From Thermodesulfobium acidiphilum (GTDB lineage: Bacteria; Thermodesulfobiota; Thermodesulfobiia; Thermodesulfobiales; Thermodesulfobiaceae): a stretch of 52,099 bases of DNA. This document shows, piece after piece, positions 30,397-40,037 of this stretch (positions within the stretch are counted from its first letter, which is position 1; each line of letters starts with the position of its first letter). The position numbers and the translations under genes are program-made. The notes under the pieces were generated by a model. The model was not told the origin of the DNA, made no database searches, and saw only the letters and a list, made by a program, of their open reading frames with translations. The stretch lies in the NCBI RefSeq assembly GCF_003057965.1, contig NZ_CP020921.1, positions 124,001 through 176,099 on the forward strand. The letters are read 5' to 3'.

Positions 30397-33300
30397 ATGA
30401 TTAAGATTTTAGGCGTTGTAAGCGATCACACAGGTTGCCCCTATTACAGGATGAAACTTCCTTCAAAGTTTGTAGAAAGATATTTTTCTAAATCTGTAGA
30501 GTTTAATATAACTGACGAGATGAACGAAAAGTTAATGAGAGAACACGATTTTATCATTGTCCAGAAAACCCCGTATCCTGAGAGATTGGAAGAGTTTAGG
30601 TATATAAAAAAACTAAGAAAAAAACTGATGCTTGAATTTGATGACTTTTATCACGACGTTCCTTCATTTAACCCTTCGAGGAATTATTGGCTTAACAGGT
30701 ATAAATATTACAGAAAAAGGCCACTTGATTTTTTTGAAGATATGTTAGGAGAGGTAGACAAAGTAATTGTCTCAACCAAATTCTTAAAGAATTTTTATGA
30801 AAAATTTAATAAAAATATTGTAATAAACCCAAACAATTTAGATCCTGATATCTTTTTGAAAGTTAAACCAGCAAGACAAACAGGAATAGATAATATAAAT
30901 ATTTGCTGGTTTGGATCTTCTTCTCATGTGGGGGACTTCGATATTGTGGGAGAAGTTTTAAAAGAAATTGTCTTAAAATATGATAACGTGTATATTCATA
31001 TCGGTGGCGACTTACAAACATTTCTAAATCTAAAGGTAGATGAAACAAGGAAAATATTTCATCACTGGCTTCCGTTTGACGTGTACCCCTTTCAATATTC
31101 AAATTTCCAGATTGCTGTTGCCCCAATACTTGATCTACCTTTCAACAGGGCAAGGTCTCCTTTGAAATACTATGAATATGGTTGTTCAAATCTTGCAGGA
31201 GTATATGACAGGCTTGACCCGTATGAACTGGAGGTTGAAGATGGAAGGTGCGGTATTCTGGTAAAAGGAGAGAAGGAATGGTTTGACGCAATATGTAAAT
31301 TGATAGAAGATGAAGAACTAAGGTATTCTATTGCAAATAATGCCAGAGAAGACGTTTTGAAAAATCACATATGGTCTGAGGAAAAGGCAAAATTTTATCT
31401 AACAGATGTTATTGGCATAGATGAAGAGGATATATTACATCCCAAAAAAGTCTTCCAGAAGGCTGAATGTTCTGTAAAAAAAGAGGGGATTTTTAGCATA
31501 TTTTACTTTTTTTATCCTGTAGACGAAGCTTTGATTGAAAACGAAATAAAGATTCTTGAAGAATTTACAAAAGATTTTAATGCTGAGTTAAACATATTAA
31601 GAATGCCAGAAAGGATTCAGAACGCGTACTCGTTTATTGAAAAAAATATAAAGGGTGAGCATTTTGCTATTGTTACTCCAATATTTTTGCCGTATGAATC
31701 AGATTTTAACGTTTTTAAGAATCTTATTGAAGAATTAGAGGAAAACGATTTAGACATTATTTCTCCTACCCTAGTAGACATGACTGGGAAAATTTTATCC
31801 TGTGGGATAGCTTTTAAAGAAATGGACGTTCTAAAGGGTCCTGTAGCGCCAGGATATTTTCTGGTTGAGTCTTCTTTATCATTTCCTGATGAAAAGATTC
31901 AGATAATGAGCGCACTTCCATTCAAATTTCTTGTTGGTAGAAAAAGTTTTATAGATAAAGTGAAGGATATGGAAACTGCAAATTATGAAAACAACGAGTA
32001 TGCATTTATTGAGAGCCTGCTTAAGGCAAGGAAAGTTCTTTGGGCTGGGGTTTCAAAAAGATGTAAGGTTACCTATGCCTTTTCAGAGAAGATCTCAGAA
32101 CAACTTCATGCCTATCGAATAGGATTAGAAAGAGACGATCAGAAGAAACTCTTTTCAAGAGTCGAGATACTGCCAGATTTTTATATTCACACAAAGTGGT
32201 ATGCTCCAAATGAATGGGATATCAGAATCTATAAGTACGGCCTAACTAACAAAGATAGAGTATTAGAGATGAGTAGTTTTGAGAGAGGCAAAAGTATATT
32301 GTCACCGTATTTTAGAAACGATTTAGAGTCTGACTTTTTGAGCGTTTGTGTTTTAAAAGAAGAAGGATTTAATCTTGAGGAACTTTATAAGACATTACGC
32401 TGGCAACAATTTCCTGCATTTCAGGTAGTGGAATTTGCAGATTCAAAAAGTTTTTTAGAGAGAATACTTTCTATGAAAGAAAGGTATTTTGTTATAACAC
32501 ACAAGGATGCCAGACTTCACCCGTGGTTTATGTCTTATGTTTATGGCATTGCAAAGGAATGTTCGCCCCAATTAATAACTACCGATTATATTCTTGATAA
32601 TGAGCCAATTTGTACCCCTGATCTCTCTGTAGAATTTCTAGAAAGCTATAACTATGTAGGAAAAACTTTTGTTGTCGAAAAAGAGCTTTTAATAGATGTC
32701 CTGAGGGAAAGAATTTCTGATATGCCAGACTTAGACGTTTTACTTGAAGAGCTTTTGGAATTTGATTCTCAAAGAATAGAAAACGGAATAACAAAAAAAC
32801 TCGAAAAAATATATCCTGATTTTTATTATGATATCTTGCTCAGAATTTCAGAAAAAAATCCCAAAACTTTTAGGATCCCAATGCATTTAATAAGAACTTC
32901 AGAATCAAAAGATTCTAATGCTGAAAGGATAGCTTTAGAAAATCATCTGGAAAGAATAGGATTTGAATATGAGAGAATAGAAGAAAATTACGGCTGTTTT
33001 AGAATTTATCCAAAGATTGCTGAGGTTCCTATTGAAGTATTTGTTGTAGGAGAAAATGTTCATGAAGACGTGCTAGATAGCATTTCCAAAGACTTTAAGG
33101 TGACAAGAGTTTCTAATTTTAGGCAACTATTCAATGCAGCAAAAGAATCAAATTCAGAAAACGTGCTGGTTATAAAGGATAGCTTAAGGTATATTGATAA
33201 TGACGTTATACTCGGACTTAACTCTTATCTTTCAAAAAAGGATGTTGGTATCACTTCCCTGAAGGCGCTCTATAGTCAGAATAAATTGGTAATTGGTACT

Positions 33301-33726
33301 GGCATAGTAATTTCTAAGAACAGGGTCTTTTATGCCATGAACCTTTCAAATGCAGATGAAGAAGGACTTACGAAAAGAGGTTCTGTTACGAGCAATTTTA
33401 TTTCCCCTATTATAGAGATATTTGCCATAAAAAGGCATTTGTTTTTAGAATTAGGATCAATTTCAGATACGCCTTTTTCTCAGCTTGAACTCTCTCTAAA
33501 GGCTCTTGAAATGGGAAAGAGAACTGTAGTGTTGCCCTATTTTACGGCTATGTTTGAAGAACCTATTACATCTAATAATAAATTTGAGTCTTCTAAGAAA
33601 AAGACATCTTTAGTAAGTAAGGAACTTTCAAGAATTCTTACAAGGTATAAAAAATTTATTATTAGCGATGCTGACTTATATTTTAATCCAATGCTTAACT
33701 ATTCATTTAGCGACTTCGAGTATTAA
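30397..33726 (+). CDS. Large multidomain glycosyltransferase (probable flagellin glycosylation)
   Basis: N-terminal GT-B domain (GCPYYRM, MLEFDD, WFGSSSH, FNRARSPLKYYEYG) followed by degenerate GT2-like segments; directly upstream of fliC. Confidence 0.75.
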   Translation: MIKILGVVSDHTGCPYYRMKLPSKFVERYFSKSVEFNITDEMNEKLMREHDFIIVQKTPYPERLEEFRYIKKLRKKLMLEFDDFYHDVPSFNPSRNYWLNRYKYYRKRPLDFFEDMLGEVDKVIVSTKFLKNFYEKFNKNIVINPNNLDPDIFLKVKPARQTGIDNINICWFGSSSHVGDFDIVGEVLKEIVLKYDNVYIHIGGDLQTFLNLKVDETRKIFHHWLPFDVYPFQYSNFQIAVAPILDLPFNRARSPLKYYEYGCSNLAGVYDRLDPYELEVEDGRCGILVKGEKEWFDAICKLIEDEELRYSIANNAREDVLKNHIWSEEKAKFYLTDVIGIDEEDILHPKKVFQKAECSVKKEGIFSIFYFFYPVDEALIENEIKILEEFTKDFNAELNILRMPERIQNAYSFIEKNIKGEHFAIVTPIFLPYESDFNVFKNLIEELEENDLDIISPTLVDMTGKILSCGIAFKEMDVLKGPVAPGYFLVESSLSFPDEKIQIMSALPFKFLVGRKSFIDKVKDMETANYENNEYAFIESLLKARKVLWAGVSKRCKVTYAFSEKISEQLHAYRIGLERDDQKKLFSRVEILPDFYIHTKWYAPNEWDIRIYKYGLTNKDRVLEMSSFERGKSILSPYFRNDLESDFLSVCVLKEEGFNLEELYKTLRWQQFPAFQVVEFADSKSFLERILSMKERYFVITHKDARLHPWFMSYVYGIAKECSPQLITTDYILDNEPICTPDLSVEFLESYNYVGKTFVVEKELLIDVLRERISDMPDLDVLLEELLEFDSQRIENGITKKLEKIYPDFYYDILLRISEKNPKTFRIPMHLIRTSESKDSNAERIALENHLERIGFEYERIEENYGCFRIYPKIAEVPIEVFVVGENVHEDVLDSISKDFKVTRVSNFRQLFNAAKESNSENVLVIKDSLRYIDNDVILGLNSYLSKKDVGITSLKALYSQNKLVIGTGIVISKNRVFYAMNLSNADEEGLTKRGSVTSNFISPIIEIFAIKRHLFLELGSISDTPFSQLELSLKALEMGKRTVVLPYFTAMFEEPITSNNKFESSKKKTSLVSKELSRILTRYKKFIISDADLYFNPMLNYSFSDFEY

Positions 33727-33750
33727 ATTTTTGTAAAAATTTTCCGATAC
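33724..33750 (+). promoter_or_regulatory. Sigma28 promoter of flagellin
   Basis: TAAA(33724)-N15-TCCGATAC(33743-33750). Confidence 0.75.
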
Positions 33751-33859
33751 TATGTTTAGATGAAAAATATCTATTAAGGAGGTGAAGGAAGGGGATAATT
33801 TGAGGTAAGTTTTTGATCCATCCAGGGAAGAAAATTTTAAAAACATGGAGGTTTAAGAG

Positions 33860-35503
33860 ATGGCTCTTTACATTAACACAAATGTGTCTGCTATGCAGGC
33901 AAACTACAATCTCTCTCAGACAAGTAACGCAATGAGTTCAAGTCTTGAGAAGTTATCTACGGGTCTTAGAATTAACAGTGCTGCAGATGACCCGGCAGGT
34001 CTTACAATTTCAAACACGCTTCAGGCACAAATTAAAGGCCTGGGACAGGCAATTCAGAATTCAAATGATGGCATAAATATGATTCAAACTGCTGCAGGAG
34101 CCCTTACTGAGGTTACAAACCTTATTCAGTCGATGAGAACTCTTGCAGTGAGTGCATCGAACACGGCTGTGAATGATACAGCCTCGAGACAGGCCGATCA
34201 GTACCAGATTAACTCTGCTATTTCATCTCTAAAGAATATTGCAGCTACCACTGCATTTGGAAACGTAAAGCTCTTAAATGGTAACTTTGGTTATAACACC
34301 CAGATAACGACGCCAAACGATATAAGTGGCATGGGTGTAGCGGCGAGTGCAACAAATCTTAATTACCTTGGCAACATTTCAATGCAGATTAAACAGCAAG
34401 CTACTCAGGCATATATGACAGGTGCATTTCTTGGCACTTCGGCTTCGGGTGCGGGTGGAACAATTGCATTTTCTATTAATACCCTGGATTCTGCAGGAAA
34501 CATTATAAATACTCAAGCTATTACTGCTACTATAGCTAGTGGTGTTTCAGGTTCTGCTGCTCTAACTAATATTGTAAATGCAATAAACCAGTTTAGTGGA
34601 ACCACTCAGGTTTTTGCTGCTTTAAATACAGCAGCAGCTTCTGGTGAGGTTGATCTTGGAAGTGTACAGTATGGTTCGAAGTTTAGCTTTTCGATTTCAC
34701 CTGTAACTGTTAGTTCTGGAGCATCCGGTGTTGTATCAGGACAATTGTCTGGAGCAACGGCTACTGGAGGGCAGGATTTGGTTGTGCAGGTTGGTATAGG
34801 TACAGCTGCTTCTGCAGGTGATACGCTCACTGCTAACTACATTGCAGGAAATAGCAGCGGAACGTCCGGTCAATTTGTTATAGCAGATACTGCGTCAACT
34901 AATAAGTATGTGGGCTTTTATGCCAATTTAACATTGACTAGCGGTTCAGGTGGGAGTGGAACAGTTACTACTGGCAATTCGGCTTTATCTGCTTCTTTTG
35001 AAGCTACTGCCAATCCAAATTGGACTACTGCTGTTGGCATGCTTAATACAGGATCACAGGTTAACGTAGGCGTTCTTGCAAAGAATAGTGCTACCTTCCA
35101 GATAGGCGCAAATGCAGGACAGCTTGTGAGTATGGTAATTAATAACCTTACTCCAGATGCGCTTGGATTTAGCGCAGGACTTGGAGAGAGCGTTTCCCAG
35201 ATAAACGTCCAGACTCTATCTGGCGCACAAAATGCAATACAGGTCTTAGATGCTGCAAATACTGAAGTATCAGTTATTGCGTCCAGTCTCGGTGCCTTCC
35301 AGACAAATACCCTTCAGTCGAACGTCAATTCTCTTTCTATAGCACAAACTAATCTGTCTGCATCCAATGCTGCAATTCAGGATACTAATATGGCTGCTGA
35401 GATGACCAACTTTACAAGACTTCAGATTTTGATGAAATCGGGCATTGCAATGCTTTCGCAAGCAAACCAGATTCCATCTGCTTTACTTACGCTTTTGCAA
35501 TAA
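33860..35503 (+). CDS. fliC: Flagellin
   Basis: INTNVSA, LSTGLRINSAADDPAGL, FQIGAN, DTNMAAEM, MLSQANQ. Confidence 0.97.
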   Translation: MALYINTNVSAMQANYNLSQTSNAMSSSLEKLSTGLRINSAADDPAGLTISNTLQAQIKGLGQAIQNSNDGINMIQTAAGALTEVTNLIQSMRTLAVSASNTAVNDTASRQADQYQINSAISSLKNIAATTAFGNVKLLNGNFGYNTQITTPNDISGMGVAASATNLNYLGNISMQIKQQATQAYMTGAFLGTSASGAGGTIAFSINTLDSAGNIINTQAITATIASGVSGSAALTNIVNAINQFSGTTQVFAALNTAAASGEVDLGSVQYGSKFSFSISPVTVSSGASGVVSGQLSGATATGGQDLVVQVGIGTAASAGDTLTANYIAGNSSGTSGQFVIADTASTNKYVGFYANLTLTSGSGGSGTVTTGNSALSASFEATANPNWTTAVGMLNTGSQVNVGVLAKNSATFQIGANAGQLVSMVINNLTPDALGFSAGLGESVSQINVQTLSGAQNAIQVLDAANTEVSVIASSLGAFQTNTLQSNVNSLSIAQTNLSASNAAIQDTNMAAEMTNFTRLQILMKSGIAMLSQANQIPSALLTLLQ

Positions 35504-35508
35504 TAGTT

Positions 35509-35545
35509 TGCCCGGGGAATTCCCCCGGGCATTTGTTGTTTTTTA
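35509..35545 (+). terminator. Rho-independent terminator after fliC
   Basis: TGCCCGGGG-aattc-CCCCGGGCA followed by a T-rich tail. Confidence 0.85.
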
Positions 35546-35596
35546 TGTTCTGTCTAAAGAATATAAATAACAACAAAATTTATAAGGAGGCAAAAA

Positions 35597-36001
35597 GTGG
35601 ATGCTAGTAGCAAAAATCAATTAAACAAAGCTGTTCAGATACAGCCAGAATTGATGGCTATTCAGCAGTCACAGGTGGTAGCCAATAAAGTGGAAAACAA
35701 TACTATAAGCAATAAGATAGAAGCTATACCAATAGATCAAAAGCCAGGCTCAGATAATAATAGCGAAATAAGTCTTAAAAACCTTAAAAGTATAGCAAAG
35801 AGCCTGAACAATATAGCCAAAAATCTTGACATAAAGAGTAAGTTTGAGGTGTATGAAAAGATGAAAGGAGTTTATTATATTAAAGTTTACAATGCACAAA
35901 CGAATGAAACCATAAGCGAATTTCCTCCTAAGAAATATCTTGATATGATATTTAGTTTTATAAACGGATCAGGAAATTTATTAATAGATAAGAAGGTGTG
36001 A
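35597..36001 (+). CDS. flaG: Flagellar protein FlaG
   Basis: FEVYE..YYIKVYN..TNETISEFPPKKYLDM..LIDKKV; lies between fliC and fliD. Confidence 0.88.
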   Translation: MDASSKNQLNKAVQIQPELMAIQQSQVVANKVENNTISNKIEAIPIDQKPGSDNNSEISLKNLKSIAKSLNNIAKNLDIKSKFEVYEKMKGVYYIKVYNAQTNETISEFPPKKYLDMIFSFINGSGNLLIDKKV

Positions 36002-36005
36002 GAAG

Positions 36006-37793
36006 ATGTCCAGTGTAAATCCAACCTCGTCATCAAATACAAGTTCTCTTTTGAATAACGTGAGTTTAGGGAGCGCATCAATTGTCGGTTTGGCATCTGG
36101 AATTGATACTACGGCTCTTGTTAATGCTATGACCCAGCAAGATGAGGGAACGCTAAATCAACTTCAATCAGAACAAGCTACTCTGCAGGCAAAGATATCT
36201 GCCTGGAATAACTTGCAAAGCCTTTTTACAAAACTTCAAAGCGATGCTACTTCTCTTGCAAACCAAAACAACGTTTTGTCTGCTACTGCTATCAGTTCAA
36301 ATACAAGCGTTCTTACAGCAACTTCATCAGGCGCAACTCAACCTGGTTCATATGCTTTGAACGTTACTCAACTTGCAACTGCACAAAGCTCAAGGTCTCA
36401 AAGCTTTTCATCGGCAAGCGCTACAATTGGACAGGGCACTTTTACTATTACCCCCAATAATGGTTCTACCCCTCTTACGATAAATATTACTTCTTCTAAT
36501 GATACACTTCAAGGACTGGCTGACGCAATAAACAGCGCTTCTGGTTCTCCTGTTACTGCAAACATTATTAGTAATTCTAATGGTACTTTTTTGATTTTGA
36601 CCTCCAATAAAACAGGTGTGGCAAATGGCTTTACTGTAACCGACAATGTAACCAATGGCGGAACTGTGGTTAGTTTTTCTGGAGCAACAAGTTCTACTGA
36701 TTATACTCAAGGCATTACGCTTACCGCTGCTCAGGATGCACAGGTTCAACTAGGGACTACCAATCCAATTACAATTAATAGCAGCTCTAATACGATCACT
36801 ACAATAGTGCCAGGTCTTTCTATAAATCTGGTGGGAGTAGGACAGGCTACCCTTAACGTTAGTTACAACGATTCCAATGCGAAAACTCTGATAAATAATT
36901 TTATTACTGATTATAACAACATAATAGCCTTTAGGAATCAATATGCTTCGTATAATTCTACAACCAAGCAAGCAGGGGTTTTGTTCTCAGATCCAAGTTT
37001 CAATAATTTTATGAATCAATTAACACAAGCTATCTCTTCTGCCGCCAAAGGTAACATCTCCCAGGGAAGTCCTGCCTCAATTGCTGATCTTGGGATTACA
37101 ATATCTACTGATCCTTCTACTATGGGACAGCTTAGTTTTAACTCTTCTACCTTTGATAGCGCTTATAATTCTAACCCTCAGGCGGTAGCAAACGCGATGA
37201 TAGGACTGGGCACTACAAATAATCCAAATGCTACTGTGATAGGTTTTTCTTCTCAGACACAAGGCGGTGTCTATACAATAAATGTTACTGGTTGGGATCC
37301 TAATGGCAATGCTATTGCTACTATTAATGGCCAGAGCGTGACAGGACAGGGCAATATAATAAACGGCTTAAGCTCTACTCCTGCAGATGGTCTTGGAATA
37401 AGCGTCACTCCTGGTTTTACAGGAAGTTTTCAGGTTACTATGAACAAGGGAATATTCCAGCAGGTTCTGGATGCTCTAACTCCCATTACTCAGCCCTTTG
37501 GTCAATTGTCTACTGTAATTACCAACCTTAACAATACTAACAGTGCACTTCAAAATCAGATAAATCAACAAACGGCTTTTATTCAGCAAAGAAGAAACTT
37601 ATATTTAAAACAATTTGCTCAAATGGAGGCTACGCTTGCGAGTCTTGATTTACAAAACATGTGGTTAGGATATCAGACAGCTTCTCTTTCAGGATCAAGC
37701 GCATTGTCAGGGTCTTTGTCTTCTGCTGGTGGCTTGAGTTCTGTTACGGGATCTGGTTCGGCTTCAGGGTCCTCTACAAGTTCTTCAGGTTAA
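36006..37793 (+). CDS. fliD: Flagellar filament cap protein
   Basis: GLASGIDTTALV, VTQLATAQ, AQDA, FITDYN, QFAQME. Confidence 0.93.
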   Translation: MSSVNPTSSSNTSSLLNNVSLGSASIVGLASGIDTTALVNAMTQQDEGTLNQLQSEQATLQAKISAWNNLQSLFTKLQSDATSLANQNNVLSATAISSNTSVLTATSSGATQPGSYALNVTQLATAQSSRSQSFSSASATIGQGTFTITPNNGSTPLTINITSSNDTLQGLADAINSASGSPVTANIISNSNGTFLILTSNKTGVANGFTVTDNVTNGGTVVSFSGATSSTDYTQGITLTAAQDAQVQLGTTNPITINSSSNTITTIVPGLSINLVGVGQATLNVSYNDSNAKTLINNFITDYNNIIAFRNQYASYNSTTKQAGVLFSDPSFNNFMNQLTQAISSAAKGNISQGSPASIADLGITISTDPSTMGQLSFNSSTFDSAYNSNPQAVANAMIGLGTTNNPNATVIGFSSQTQGGVYTINVTGWDPNGNAIATINGQSVTGQGNIINGLSSTPADGLGISVTPGFTGSFQVTMNKGIFQQVLDALTPITQPFGQLSTVITNLNNTNSALQNQINQQTAFIQQRRNLYLKQFAQMEATLASLDLQNMWLGYQTASLSGSSALSGSLSSAGGLSSVTGSGSASGSSTSSSG

Positions 37794-37843
37794 TAACCTT
37801 AAGTTAAATTATAATCTAGTTATTTTGGTAAAGGAGGAAAAAG

Positions 37844-38230
37844 ATGACGCCTTATGGCTCGCAGGTATATAAAACAAATGAATTAGAAACGTCTCCACCC
37901 TGGAAGATTTTGATAATGTCTTATGAAACTATTATAAAAAACCTGAAAATAGCCAAAGAAGCTATTAAAAAGAAGGATTTTTTTGTAAAGAGTAAAAGTA
38001 TATCCAAAGCTCAGATGATAATACTTACTCTGATTTCAATGCTCGATCAAAGTCAAGACAAAGAAATTGTAGGCTCTCTTACTTCCCTGTACTTTTATTA
38101 CACAAAAGAGCTAACAATAGCAAATGCTGAGAATTCTATTGAGAGGATAGACAACGTGATTGGCCTTATAGATACTCTAAAGAGTGGTTGGGAAGAGGCA
38201 TTTTCAAAGATGGGACTCTTGGTGAAGTGA
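37844..38230 (+). CDS. fliS: Flagellin export chaperone
   Basis: ETSPPWKILIMSYE, KAQMII..L, LTSLYFY, LKSGW. Confidence 0.9.
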   Translation: MTPYGSQVYKTNELETSPPWKILIMSYETIIKNLKIAKEAIKKKDFFVKSKSISKAQMIILTLISMLDQSQDKEIVGSLTSLYFYYTKELTIANAENSIERIDNVIGLIDTLKSGWEEAFSKMGLLVK

Positions 38231-38577
38231 GAGAAGAAGAACTTTTTAAGAAGTTCAGGGAACTTCTTATTAGAGAAAGAGAGTTGTTGAAAGAAAAAAG
38301 GCTTTCTGATATTGATGCTATTATAAAAGAAAAGAGTCTAATAATTAGAGAACTTGATGAGATAAAGGTTAAATTTGGTCAATTTAAGCCTGAATCGCTA
38401 AATATTTTGAATGAATTGAAAAGGATTCAAGGTGAAAATATCGAAATATTAAACAAAGAGATTGAAAGAGTAAAACAAGATCTTAAAGATTTGAGATTTG
38501 ATGAGGACTCAAAGAGAGAATATTTGCAGTCAAATTTAGTTGAAGATAAGAAAAAGCTTTTAGATCAAAATACTTAG
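38227..38577 (+). CDS. FlgN/FliT-like flagellar chaperone
   Basis: Helical charged protein after fliS; GTG start overlaps the fliS stop (GTGA). Confidence 0.6.
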   Translation: MREEELFKKFRELLIRERELLKEKRLSDIDAIIKEKSLIIRELDEIKVKFGQFKPESLNILNELKRIQGENIEILNKEIERVKQDLKDLRFDEDSKREYLQSNLVEDKKKLLDQNT

Positions 38578-38606
38578 TTTAGATAATAAATATTGTTTTT
38601 CTTCTG

Positions 38607-38632
38607 GGTGGCCACCTTCCTTGTGATATAAT
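38607..38632 (+). promoter_or_regulatory. Extended -10 promoter with upstream palindrome
   Basis: GGTGGCCACC (38607-38616) then TGaTATAAT (38624-38632). Confidence 0.5.
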
Positions 38633-38692
38633 AGCAATTAAAGGCAAAGACTTACTTTTTTTGCCCAAAATTTTTGTTGGGAGTTCATTTCA

Positions 38693-39811
38693 ATGATAAG
38701 AACTAGAGTCGAAAATCTTAAGGAAGGTGACGTATTAGCCTACCCTGTAATTGATGAAGCAGGTCGTGTTCTTATCGGAGCAGGTATACCACTGAAGGCC
38801 ATAGTCATAAAGCGCCTTAAGGAATTGGGTTTTAACTATGTTTATATTGAGGCGCCTGGCTTTGAGGACGTTGAGCGACTTGAAATGATATCCCAAAATA
38901 CAGAACTTGAAATAATAAAGACGTCAAAAGATGTATTTGGCAAGATAAAAAGGACTCAAGAACTAGACCCCCAAAAGATTCAACACCTTGCTGTTACCGT
39001 GATAAATGAAATACTGAGCAAGAAGAACATTGCCATAGTAATAGATGACTTGATGGTGTCTTCTGATTATCTATTTAGGCACCTTGCTAGAACGATGCTT
39101 TTTTGCTCTATTTTGGGTATAAGCATGGGATATAGCGAAAATAAACTCAGAGATTTAGCAAAAGCAGCATTTTTACACGATATTGGATATGCATTTATAG
39201 ACGAAAGCATTAGAAACAAGAAGGGGAAACTTACTCCTGAAGAAATAGAGATTATAAAACAGCATCCAAAGCTTGCCGATGTTATTCTTACAAAAAATAA
39301 TTTTTCTTCAACAGTTCGAAAAGCAGTTTTACAACACCACGAGAGATTTGATGGGAGCGGTTATCCGTTAGGGTTAAAAGGGGAAGAGATTTTTGAGCTT
39401 GCAAGGTTAATTGCTGTGATTGATGTCTTTGAAGCTATGACATCTGAAATGCCTTATAGAAAGGCTCTTTTCCCAAGCGAGGTATATGAATACGTTATGT
39501 CTCAGTCTGGTAGACTCTTTGACCCGGAAATTGTAAAGCTTTTTTCAAAAAAGATAATAATATATCCGACTGGCACGTCGGTAATTTTATCAAATAACCT
39601 TGTTGGAGTAGTGAAGTCAATAAATACGTCTTATCCTTTAAGGCCTGTTGTGAAGGTTTTTGCAAAGATGTCAGATGAAGGAACTGTAACTTATCTTGAA
39701 AGGGATATTGAGATTGACCTGCTCAAAACTTTGGATGTCGTTATAGTCGGATCTACTGATTTGTATGGGAACATTATAGATTACGAGAGAAATATTAGTG
39801 TTAGTTATTAG
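38693..39811 (+). CDS. HD-GYP domain c-di-GMP phosphodiesterase
   Basis: FLHDIG, QHHERFDGSGYPLGLKG, DVFEAMTS..PYR. Confidence 0.9.
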   Translation: MIRTRVENLKEGDVLAYPVIDEAGRVLIGAGIPLKAIVIKRLKELGFNYVYIEAPGFEDVERLEMISQNTELEIIKTSKDVFGKIKRTQELDPQKIQHLAVTVINEILSKKNIAIVIDDLMVSSDYLFRHLARTMLFCSILGISMGYSENKLRDLAKAAFLHDIGYAFIDESIRNKKGKLTPEEIEIIKQHPKLADVILTKNNFSSTVRKAVLQHHERFDGSGYPLGLKGEEIFELARLIAVIDVFEAMTSEMPYRKALFPSEVYEYVMSQSGRLFDPEIVKLFSKKIIIYPTGTSVILSNNLVGVVKSINTSYPLRPVVKVFAKMSDEGTVTYLERDIEIDLLKTLDVVIVGSTDLYGNIIDYERNISVSY

Positions 39812-40037
39812 CAGAAAACCAGGTCAAAGTTTTGTTATAAGCGATAATATTGTGATAACGATAATCTCTATTGAGAGAGATGTGGTAAAGGTTGGAATTG
39901 ATGCTTCAAAAGATATTAGAGTTCTAAGAAGCGAGCTAGTTGACAGGATAAAGGATTCGATGAAAAATTCTGTTTTTAAAGAGAAAGATATGAATAGTCT
40001 GTTAAAAGTCTTAAAAGATGAAAATAAAAAACTCTAG
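39798..40037 (+). CDS. csrA: Carbon storage regulator
   Basis: MLVISRKPGQSFVI..VKVGIDA..I.VLRSEL. Confidence 0.9.
   Translation: MLVISRKPGQSFVISDNIVITIISIERDVVKVGIDASKDIRVLRSELVDRIKDSMKNSVFKEKDMNSLLKVLKDENKKL

Noticed and set aside
38640-38690. c-di-GMP-I riboswitch upstream of HD-GYP gene (GGCAAA)
   Set aside because: Too short and lacks the second GNRA/receptor stem; kept only as a generic structured leader.
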